Source: Clostridia bacterium
GTDB taxonomy: Bacteria > Bacillota > Clostridia > Oscillospirales > CAG-272
Length of the DNA stretch: 64,000 nt
Reading direction: 5' to 3'
NCBI GenBank assembly: GCA_017623355.1
Contig: JAGAPG010000020.1
Coordinates: 2,762 to 66,761 of the forward strand
The position numbers were made by a program, and so were the translations under genes. Of the stretch, positions 47,222-55,354 are shown piece by piece. Each line of letters starts with the position of its first letter. Position 1 is the first letter of the stretch. The notes beneath the pieces are model-generated. The model made no database searches. It worked only from the letters and a program-made list of their open reading frames with translations, and had not been told where the DNA came from.

Positions 47222-47300
47222 TCAAGAATTCAACCAGACGCCGGCAGAAATTGCACGGAAATCCGGAGGTAACTCCAAATTTCGGTTGAATTCTTTTTTT
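47222..47300 (+). ncRNA. candidate structured small RNA, copy A (three-way junction, P1 doubles as terminator stem)
   Basis: P1 aagaattcaacc/ggttgaattctt; P2 ccggca/tgcAcgg with loop gaaat; P3 ggag-gtaa-ctcc; U-tract. Covaries with copy B at 58253-58328. Confidence 0.6.
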
Positions 47301-47491
47301 ATTTTTTACCATGCTTTTTTGCGTATTGTTTATTGAATTTCTTTATAGCTTAAAGCGTTTTTGACGGTCGGTTGCTTTATCTGCGGATGCGCCGTAATGC
47401 TTTTGCTACCATAATAATCCCTTTAAGATAATAATATAGCGCAAAAGCGTTGCGTTCGATAAGAATAAAAGCAAGTTTTAATAAAAAAGCA

Positions 47492-47520
47492 TTGAAATCG
47501 GCGACAAAATATCTTATAAT
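47492..47520 (+). promoter_or_regulatory. sigma-A type promoter of nagB
   Basis: TTGAAA, 17-nt spacer, TATAAT. The inverted repeat aaatatctt/aagatattt overlaps the -10. Confidence 0.6.
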
Positions 47521-47553
47521 TAAGTAAAGATATTTAAAATGAAGGAGAATAAA

Positions 47554-48264
47554 ATGAAATTTATCACAGTTGAAAATTATGAAAAGCTCAGCAAGATGAC
47601 ATCTGATATTATCGGCGCGCAGGTTATTTTAAAGCCCGATTGCGTGCTTGGCTTGGCAACGGGCTCATCGCCTCTCGGAGCTTATGCATCCTTGGCTGAA
47701 AAATGCGAAAAAGGCGAGCTTGATTTTTCGGGCGTGCGCTCTGTAAACCTTGACGAATATGTAGGACTTGACATAACTAACGATCAGAGCTACCGCTATT
47801 TTATGAATAAAAATCTTTTTGAAAAGATAAATATAAAGCTTGAAAACACACACGTTCCCAACGGCTGCGCAAGCGATCTTAAAAAAGAGGGAGAGGAGTA
47901 CGACGCGCTTATAAGCGCTCTTGGCGGAATAGATATTCAGCTCCTTGGCATCGGTCTTGACGGGCATATTGGATTTAACGAGCCGGACGACGTTTTCGTT
48001 AAGGAAACGCACACGGTAAAGCTTGACGAATCTACCATTGAAGCAAATTCAAGATTTTTTGCATCAAAGGATGATGTTCCCAGAGAAGCTATCACTATGG
48101 GAATGATGTCTATTATGCAGGCAAAGAAGATAGTTCTTATCGCAAACGGAAAGAGCAAGAAGGATATTTTAAATAAGGCGTTCTTCGGCGAGATAACACC
48201 GAGAGTTCCCGCATCCATCCTTCAGCTTCACCCCGATGTAACGGTAATATACAGCGAAAACTGA
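47554..48264 (+). CDS. nagB: glucosamine-6-phosphate deaminase
   Basis: GLATGSSPLG, NLDEYVGL and LGIGLDGHIGFNEP. ATG at 47554 follows GAAGGAG. Confidence 0.92.
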   Translation: MKFITVENYEKLSKMTSDIIGAQVILKPDCVLGLATGSSPLGAYASLAEKCEKGELDFSGVRSVNLDEYVGLDITNDQSYRYFMNKNLFEKINIKLENTHVPNGCASDLKKEGEEYDALISALGGIDIQLLGIGLDGHIGFNEPDDVFVKETHTVKLDESTIEANSRFFASKDDVPREAITMGMMSIMQAKKIVLIANGKSKKDILNKAFFGEITPRVPASILQLHPDVTVIYSEN

Positions 48265-48283
48265 TCGGCACAGAGGGTAATCT

Positions 48284-48976
48284 ATGAAAATAATGAGCTT
48301 TAATACACAGCACTGCCTTAATTTTATCGAGCAAACGGTGGACTATGAGCTGATGGCAAATACGATAACGGAGCTTGGCGCGGATATCGTTGGACTTAAC
48401 GAGATGTTTAATGGCGGAAGGTATTGCGAGCAGACAAAAAAGCTATCCGAGCTTACAGGACTTAAATACTGCTATTTTGCCAAGGCTATTGATGATTCCG
48501 AGGGAGAGTACGGAAACGGGCTTCTTTCAAGATATCCTATAACAGAGGCAGAGAGAGTTATTATTCCCGATCCTAATCCTAAGCGCTATCCTGGTGGATA
48601 TTATGAAACAAGATGCCTTTTAAAGGCAAGGCTTGAAAACGGATATACGGTCATAATAACTCATTTCGGATTAAATAGGGATGAGCAAGAAAATGCCGTA
48701 TCTGCCGTGCTTGAAAATATAGAGAGCGAAAAATGTATTCTTATGGGCGATTTTAACGTTTCGCCTGATGATAGCGTGCTTTTGCCGATAAGAGAGCAAA
48801 TGACGGATACTGCTTCGCTTTTTGATAAGGAGCTGCTTAGCTGGCCGTCCGACAAGCCGAGAATGAAAATAGATTATATTTTTATTTCACGTGATCTTGA
48901 AGCTCTTTTTGCGGATATTCCGCCAATCGTAGCATCAGACCACAGACCGCATATTGCGATAATAAAAGAGAATTAA
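48284..48976 (+). CDS. endonuclease/exonuclease/phosphatase (EEP) family protein
   Basis: SFNTQH, GLNE, GDFN and SDHRP motifs. Confidence 0.8.
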   Translation: MKIMSFNTQHCLNFIEQTVDYELMANTITELGADIVGLNEMFNGGRYCEQTKKLSELTGLKYCYFAKAIDDSEGEYGNGLLSRYPITEAERVIIPDPNPKRYPGGYYETRCLLKARLENGYTVIITHFGLNRDEQENAVSAVLENIESEKCILMGDFNVSPDDSVLLPIREQMTDTASLFDKELLSWPSDKPRMKIDYIFISRDLEALFADIPPIVASDHRPHIAIIKEN

Positions 48977-49005
48977 AAAAAGCGTAGCTGCGGCTACGCT
49001 TTTTT
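48976..49005. terminator. bidirectional terminator
   Basis: agcgtagc-tgcg-gctacgct flanked by A-runs and T-runs. Confidence 0.8.
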
Positions 49006-49011
49006 ATTAAA

Positions 49012-49788
49012 TCAAGCGATTTGCTTTTTTCTCTTTTTTTGAATGAGAAAATAGATATAGTAAAACGCGGTAATATATACAAGAAACAGTGAAATAACGA
49101 TCACAGGGTAGACTATTTTGTTTCCGTTTACGAGATTGTAGAAGATATCGTATGGAGTTCCGTCTCCGCGCATTAAGAACATATAGTTGTAATCCAAGGC
49201 TATATTAGCTATGAGCGCGGCAATACAGAAGCTGAGAAGAATTGAAAAGGTGATGGGTATGCTTTTCTTTTTCATACTCGTCATTCCCGATATGGCTATG
49301 TAAAGAGAAGAAAATCCCGATATTGAGTGAGTTATTCCCGAAATGACGTTATCAAAGGACAGAACGGGGTAAGAGCTGTAATTGTTTCCTGCGGCGTACG
49401 TGCCGAGCACTGCGCCGAGAATACCGAATATCATAACGAAATCAAGAGAGGCTTCCTTAACAGAGCCCTTTGAAAAAGCGGCGAGAGGTATCGTTATAAG
49501 CTGAATACTGCAAAGGAACAGCGGAAGATCGTACAGCCAACTCATAGGATCGCTTGAGCGTACGCACATTAAAACGATCTTGAATATCTCAAATGCGTCT
49601 ATAAGTATTGCACAGACCATCAAAACCTTATTTTTTTGCTTGTATTCCTTTTTTCTGTAGGTTAAGCCGAGCCATATTGCAAGAGAGATCATTATTACCA
49701 TAAGAGAAGAAACGAAGGTTATATGCTGCCACGAAAAATATCCCTCTACGGGACGGGAATATCCGCCAAAGCCAAAAAATTCTTTCAT
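49012..49788 (-). CDS. YwaF/TIGR02206-family integral membrane protein
   Basis: FSWQHI near the N-terminus, the DLPLFLCSI motif, and ~7 TM segments. Confidence 0.6.
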   Translation of the reverse strand: MKEFFGFGGYSRPVEGYFSWQHITFVSSLMVIMISLAIWLGLTYRKKEYKQKNKVLMVCAILIDAFEIFKIVLMCVRSSDPMSWLYDLPLFLCSIQLITIPLAAFSKGSVKEASLDFVMIFGILGAVLGTYAAGNNYSSYPVLSFDNVISGITHSISGFSSLYIAISGMTSMKKKSIPITFSILLSFCIAALIANIALDYNYMFLMRGDGTPYDIFYNLVNGNKIVYPVIVISLFLVYITAFYYIYFLIQKKRKKQIA

Positions 49789-49996
49789 AAAAGCTCCTCA
49801 AAATATGAATATAATATTACTGTATTTATAAATTTTATCATAAAAAGGGAGATTTGTATATGCTTTTGTCGAAAAATTAACAATTCGTACAAAAAATACT
49901 TGCGAATAAAATAAAGAAAAATCAAAAAATTTATTGAAATAATTTTTCTTTTGTGATAATATGTCACTTGTATTAGACAAAGAGGTGAATTTTTTA

Positions 49997-50932
49997 ATGC
50001 TTTCAACGTTTTTAGCGACACTGGGTGTCGTTTTTACGATGATTATTTACGCCGTCCCGGGTTTTTTGCTCGTAAAGACCAAGCTCGTTGCGGAAAACAG
50101 TATTTCCGCATTTGCAAGACTGCTTATGTTTGTATGCTCTCCCTGTCTTGTTTTTTCTTCAATTACGAGAAATAATTTTTCATTAGAGCTTGCTTTAAAT
50201 CTTTTGATATCGATCGTATTTATATCCGCTATGCTTCTTTTGGGGCTTGCGATATTCTTTTTTGTGTTCAAAAGGAAAAAAGACGACGTAAAATACAGAA
50301 TATATAATCTTGCAACGACGTTCGCCAACTGCGCGTTTATGGGCGTTCCCGTTTTGGAAGTGGTTTTCCCTAATAATCCTCAGGTTATTGCATATTCCGC
50401 TATGTTTTCGCTTGCTATGAATATAATCGGCTGGACTCTCGGATCTTATATAATCTCAAACGACAGAAAATATATGAGCGTAAAAAAGATATTCTTAAAT
50501 CCTGCCACGATCGCGTTTTTCGTGTCGATACCGTTTTTCGTATTCGGAATCCAAACGCCGTCGCTTCTTAAGGAAATGATAATTCTGCTTGGAAAAATGA
50601 CAACACCGCTTTGTATGCTGATTATGGGTATGAGGCTGGCATGTGTGTCGATAAAAGAGGTGTTTTTCACCCCGTCACAGTATCTTATTATCGCGATAAA
50701 GCAGATACTTTTCCCGCTTATTGTTCTTCTCGTTCTTTTGATAATGCCCTTCGATTCCGAGATGAAGGCGGCAATCTACATAATGATGTCGTGTCCCGTT
50801 GCAAGCGTTATCCTTAGCTTATCGGAAATGATAGGAGAGGGGCAGAAAAACGCGGCAAATCTCGTTTTGCTCGGAACGTCGCTTTCCGTAATAACGATAC
50901 CCGTTATGTCCTTGCTTGTCGGAATACTTTAA
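49997..50932 (+). CDS. AEC (auxin efflux carrier) family transporter
   Basis: ~10 TM segments in a Mem_trans-like two-half architecture. The ATG at 49997 starts the hydrophobic MLSTFLATLGVVF. Confidence 0.7.
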   Translation: MLSTFLATLGVVFTMIIYAVPGFLLVKTKLVAENSISAFARLLMFVCSPCLVFSSITRNNFSLELALNLLISIVFISAMLLLGLAIFFFVFKRKKDDVKYRIYNLATTFANCAFMGVPVLEVVFPNNPQVIAYSAMFSLAMNIIGWTLGSYIISNDRKYMSVKKIFLNPATIAFFVSIPFFVFGIQTPSLLKEMIILLGKMTTPLCMLIMGMRLACVSIKEVFFTPSQYLIIAIKQILFPLIVLLVLLIMPFDSEMKAAIYIMMSCPVASVILSLSEMIGEGQKNAANLVLLGTSLSVITIPVMSLLVGIL

Positions 50933-50960
50933 AAATCGGAAAAATCCGACTCGTTGAAAT

Positions 50961-50996
50961 AAAAAACAGGAATTTTTACAAATTCCTGTTTTTTTA
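50961..50996. terminator. bidirectional terminator
   Basis: aacaggaattt-ttac-aaattcctgtt flanked by A-runs and T-runs. Confidence 0.85.
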
Positions 50997-51024
50997 TGTG
51001 TCGGTCTTTTGTTATAAAAGCTGT

Positions 51025-52749
51025 TTAACCGTTTTTGGCGAATTTGTGATAAAGCTCCTTGATCTTGAAGTAGGATGCCTTTGGATTGCGGTATTCGTCA
51101 AGTATTCCCTTATTGTTAAAATAGCGAACGCGGTTTAGATCCATCGAGTGAGACGTTCTTATATTGCAGAATTGCCATATGTAAGTGCCTCTCATATAAT
51201 CGGTGTTATGGAACAGCTCAAGGCAGTATTCGATAAGATCTCTTTGATATTCCTCGCTCCAGCGAACGGTATCAAAATGTGAATGGAAGCCCATAAGTGC
51301 CGCCGCGCCGAATTCACTCATGATCACGGGCTTGTTCTCCCAGCCCTTTTCCGATCTGCGGGCTCTGAATTCCTCGATCATCTTATTCCAATCGGAAAGA
51401 TTACCGTTATAGCCTCGGTAAGTATACCAGCCGTGATATATATTTATACAAATAATATCGTCAAAGTCCATATCGTTGTCAAGCAACGGATGACAGGACG
51501 CGTGTGTGATAAGACGGTTTCCGCCGTTTTCTCTTAGGAATTTACTCCACTGTTTTGAAATCGGATAGGTATGCTCGGAGTATGTAGCGATCTCATTGTG
51601 CATACCCCAGATTATAATTGATGGGTGATTATAATAGCACTTGACCATTTCCTTGTGCATATTATAGCCTCGCTCAACTATGACGGGATCCTGAAGCGAT
51701 TGCTCGCTGAAGCCACAGCCCCACATGGGAATTTCGCTCCAAAATAAAATTCCGCGTTCATCGAGCATATCAACAAAAATCTTGGAATTAGGATAGTGAG
51801 AGCCGCGAACAGTGTTGCAGCCCATATCGAGCATAAGATCGATATCCTTTTTCATCAGCTTAGGCGGAAAAGCAAAGCCCCAATCGGGATGCTCCTCGTG
51901 TCTGTTCACGCCAAGAAGCTCGATGCTGTGTCCGTTTAAAAGGATATCTCCGTTTTTAACCTCGATTTTTCTGAAGCCGATCTTATCAATAAGATCGTCG
52001 GTATCGGTAGAAGCAACAACAGTATAAAGATTAGGTGATGCTGTGTCCCAAATAGCGATATTGTCAAGAGTAACTAAAGGAGTTTTAAGGCTTGATTTTG
52101 AATAGCCGTCAAGAGTAACATTGTCGTTATAAATTACAGAGTCGCCAATCTTTACGCTGACACAAGATGTAACAGGTGAGCTGCTTGCGTTGTAAAGCTC
52201 AAGCTCGGCGCAGACATTTGCTGAGCTAAGATCCTCGGATAGCTCATAAACGATGTGATTATTAAGAATACAAGCATCCTTTAGCTTGTGCGCGAACACA
52301 TCTCTTGCGATACCGCCATAGTTAAACCAGTCAGTATATCTTTGAGGGAAGGATTTTTTATCTATTCTGTTGTCTGCACGAACGATAAGGATATGCTCGC
52401 CACAGCTTACATCGTTCGCGATAAGCTCAAATTGAGTAAAAGCGCCGTAATGCTCGCCGAGCATTTTGCCGTCGAGCCAAACGGTAGCCGCTGTCATAAC
52501 GCTTTCAAATTCAAAAAGAAGTGTGCCGCCCTCTGTTGTGAATTTCTTTTCATACCAGCCGCATCCCTCAAAGTTGAGAAGCCCGAGCTCGTTGTTCCAA
52601 ACAGACGGAACGATAACAATATCTCCATTCGGCAAGCCGTTTTGCCAGCCCTCGCTTTCTCCGATACAGTCGGGATCCGTTGCAAAGCGCCAAGCTCCGC
52701 TAAGCTCCGTAACGTTTCTTTTATAATGGTCTTTAAATAATCTTTTCAT
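51025..52749 (-). CDS. GH2 glycoside hydrolase (beta-glucuronidase/beta-galactosidase-like)
   Basis: NHPSIIIWGMHNE (acid/base region) and MSEFGA (nucleophile region); ~575 aa as in GusB-type enzymes. Confidence 0.8.
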   Translation of the reverse strand: MKRLFKDHYKRNVTELSGAWRFATDPDCIGESEGWQNGLPNGDIVIVPSVWNNELGLLNFEGCGWYEKKFTTEGGTLLFEFESVMTAATVWLDGKMLGEHYGAFTQFELIANDVSCGEHILIVRADNRIDKKSFPQRYTDWFNYGGIARDVFAHKLKDACILNNHIVYELSEDLSSANVCAELELYNASSSPVTSCVSVKIGDSVIYNDNVTLDGYSKSSLKTPLVTLDNIAIWDTASPNLYTVVASTDTDDLIDKIGFRKIEVKNGDILLNGHSIELLGVNRHEEHPDWGFAFPPKLMKKDIDLMLDMGCNTVRGSHYPNSKIFVDMLDERGILFWSEIPMWGCGFSEQSLQDPVIVERGYNMHKEMVKCYYNHPSIIIWGMHNEIATYSEHTYPISKQWSKFLRENGGNRLITHASCHPLLDNDMDFDDIICINIYHGWYTYRGYNGNLSDWNKMIEEFRARRSEKGWENKPVIMSEFGAAALMGFHSHFDTVRWSEEYQRDLIEYCLELFHNTDYMRGTYIWQFCNIRTSHSMDLNRVRYFNNKGILDEYRNPKASYFKIKELYHKFAKNG

Positions 52750-52799
52750 AACTTTCTCCTATTTAATATTTAATTTTAATATTTAATAAAAACATCTCT

Positions 52800-55202
52800 T
52801 TAGTCTCTTAATGGTATATCGTAAACCGACATTAGAGTAATTTCCTTTAAAAGTTCCGCTTTTGAAAGCTTTGTGCTTGCAAATATCCTGTAAGGCGCAG
52901 GGCTTGAAAGATCAAAATAGTTATCACTTAGGACAATATCGTGATCCCTAAAGGATACATAAACATTTTTTGCAAGCGCGGATGCGGTAAGCGTAAGATA
53001 CACGCCGCCCTCGGCATCCTCGGCTTCTATGCGTATTTTAGGATCTGAAAGCTCAAAATGCTTTGGCTTTTCGGACAACTCAACATCGCGGGCTATAAGA
53101 TTATTATTGCTATCGTACAGCTCTGTGTAAAAATATACATCTCTTTGACCGTTAAGGGCGGAGTCGGGAATGGATTTGACATCACACGAGGAAAGAGGCA
53201 TTACAGCCACGCTTGCTTCTGTTTCAAAAATCGGTGTGAAATCACTTTTCATAAAGCCTGATCTTATATGTCCCTTAAATTCACCGAGAGCCTCATTCGA
53301 TACGTTTACAGTTATTTGTCCGTTTTCGCGGAACAAGCCAAGCGAAATGCTTTGATAAAATCTTCTCGCGAAATAGTGAAGCGCCTTGTATCTGCCGTAA
53401 TAGTCTATGCTTGACCACGAGGCAACCGGCCAGGAATCGTTTAACTGCCAATATATTGAGCCCATCGTATACCCACGGCATCTTCTGAAATGCTCGACGC
53501 CGTATTTTATAGCATTTGCCTGATTGAGCTGAGAGGCGTATACGGTAGCTTCAAGATTTTTTGGAAGCTGATAGAACTCAGCCAAATAATTAAGGAGCTT
53601 TACATTTCCGTGCCAATGCTTCTGATGACTTTCCATAGTGTAGGAGAGTAGATTTCGCTCCTCAGGCGGGCAGAAGCTGTCTATAGTTTTTATGCAGGGC
53701 AGGCTTTCAAAGCCGTACTCGGAGCAGAAGCGGAATTTATGCTTTCTGTATTCGTCAAATCCGCAGCCGCCGTTCCAAACGTCCCAAAAATGAACGTCGC
53801 CTCGCGTGCAGTCCTTGGGATCGTCAAATCCGCCGCCGGATGTCGGGCTTGACGGAGTATACGAGATCCAAGGCGCGTGCTCCGCGCAGATTTTTGGCAA
53901 TATTTCTTCATAAAGCCTTAAATAATCGCGTCTTACATCGGGATCGTTTCCGTCAGCACAATCCCAATAGCAAACAGCCTCCTCCATCTCGTTGTTTCCG
54001 CAAAGCAAGCCGAGCGAGGCGTGATGGCGTATTCTTTTTACATTGTATATAGCTTCCTTTATAAATTCATTCTCAAAGTCAGGGCGCATCCATACGTTTG
54101 CGCAAGCAACCATGAAGTCCTGCCAAACGATAAGACCGTATTTGTCGCAGAGCTCATAAAAAAGATCGTCGGGATAAAACGCTCCGCCCCAAACTCTTAC
54201 ACAGTTAAAGTTCGCAAAAACGCAATCCTTTACGAGCTTTTCAAGGCGCTCATTTGTCATTCGAGAGGGCAAAGAGTCTATAGGAACGTGATTTGCGCCC
54301 ATAGCGAATATCTTTATTCCGTTTACCTTGAAGCAAAATTCCTGACCGTAAATATCGTTTTCTCGGCTTAACTCAAGCGTGCGAAGTCCGATCGTTTTCG
54401 TGGCGGTATCTATTAATTCATCTCCGTTATAAAGATAGAAAACGGCATCGTATAAATTCTGCTCTCCGTATCCGTTTGGCCACCAAAGGCGAGGAGAGGA
54501 AACGGTTATTTTAGCGTGTCCGTTTTCAAGCACAGCTTTTTGTCCGTCGATCTCGCAAATAAGCGTTAATCCGCTTGCACCGTGCTTGGTTTTTGCTGAA
54601 ATATCAAGCTCGACGGAATCGTTTCTATGCTCTTGAAGAATCAGAATATCGTCTATTTTGTCTATATTATAGGAGTTAAGCTCAACCCTTCTGAAAATAC
54701 CCATATTAGGGAGTCTTGGGGCCCAATCCCATCCCGACATATAAAACGCCTTTCTCAAATGAGACGCTCCGGGGGTAGAGCCGGAATCCATATAAAGATG
54801 ATGGAGCTTTTCCATATCCTCAAAATATTTCAGGGGGGATTTAAATTCCAACCTGAGCTCATTATCCTTTTTCGCAAGCTTCTTGACATCGTATTCGTAC
54901 ATACGGTGCATATTCATTACGCTATCCAAAAGAGCTCCGTTAAAATAGATATCACATATTGTATCAAGGCCGTAGAGCGCGAGGGATATTTTATCCTTGG
55001 CAAGCTCATCCTTGCTCAAGGAAAAGTCGCTGTAAAATACGCAATCGTTACGAGAAAGCTCAAAGCAGCTGTTTTCATTTACTCCGTAATAGGGATCGTC
55101 TATTAATCCGTGATCAAATAAAACGCTGTACATATCGCATGGAACTGAGCAGGAAAGAGCGCGATAATCCTTAAAATCCATTTTCCAATCGTTAATAATC
55201 AT
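52800..55202 (-). CDS. GH2 beta-mannosidase
   Basis: N-terminal VPCDMYSVLFDHGLIDDPYYGVNE, with CGNNEMEEA and FCSEYGFESLP. Confidence 0.85.
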   Translation of the reverse strand: MIINDWKMDFKDYRALSCSVPCDMYSVLFDHGLIDDPYYGVNENSCFELSRNDCVFYSDFSLSKDELAKDKISLALYGLDTICDIYFNGALLDSVMNMHRMYEYDVKKLAKKDNELRLEFKSPLKYFEDMEKLHHLYMDSGSTPGASHLRKAFYMSGWDWAPRLPNMGIFRRVELNSYNIDKIDDILILQEHRNDSVELDISAKTKHGASGLTLICEIDGQKAVLENGHAKITVSSPRLWWPNGYGEQNLYDAVFYLYNGDELIDTATKTIGLRTLELSRENDIYGQEFCFKVNGIKIFAMGANHVPIDSLPSRMTNERLEKLVKDCVFANFNCVRVWGGAFYPDDLFYELCDKYGLIVWQDFMVACANVWMRPDFENEFIKEAIYNVKRIRHHASLGLLCGNNEMEEAVCYWDCADGNDPDVRRDYLRLYEEILPKICAEHAPWISYTPSSPTSGGGFDDPKDCTRGDVHFWDVWNGGCGFDEYRKHKFRFCSEYGFESLPCIKTIDSFCPPEERNLLSYTMESHQKHWHGNVKLLNYLAEFYQLPKNLEATVYASQLNQANAIKYGVEHFRRCRGYTMGSIYWQLNDSWPVASWSSIDYYGRYKALHYFARRFYQSISLGLFRENGQITVNVSNEALGEFKGHIRSGFMKSDFTPIFETEASVAVMPLSSCDVKSIPDSALNGQRDVYFYTELYDSNNNLIARDVELSEKPKHFELSDPKIRIEAEDAEGGVYLTLTASALAKNVYVSFRDHDIVLSDNYFDLSSPAPYRIFASTKLSKAELLKEITLMSVYDIPLRD

Positions 55203-55354
55203 ATTTAAACACCTCCAAAGCTCTTTATAATAACTTTATCATAAAACGAAATTCATTTCAATACAAAACAAAAATAAAAAAACATAAATTCTATTGAAAA
55301 GCAGGAGCGTGTATGATAAAATTTCATTAACGGCAATTTGAAGGAGAATTTGTT

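Noticed and set aside
47222-47300. Possibility that the small RNA is a riboswitch for nagB or a known riboswitch/ribozyme class
   Set aside because: nagB has its own consensus promoter 190 nt downstream of the RNA's terminator, and copy B has no downstream gene. I could not match preQ1, guanidine, glutamine, SAM, ZTP, fluoride, c-di-GMP or hammerhead/twister consensus features from memory. This still needs an Rfam scan.
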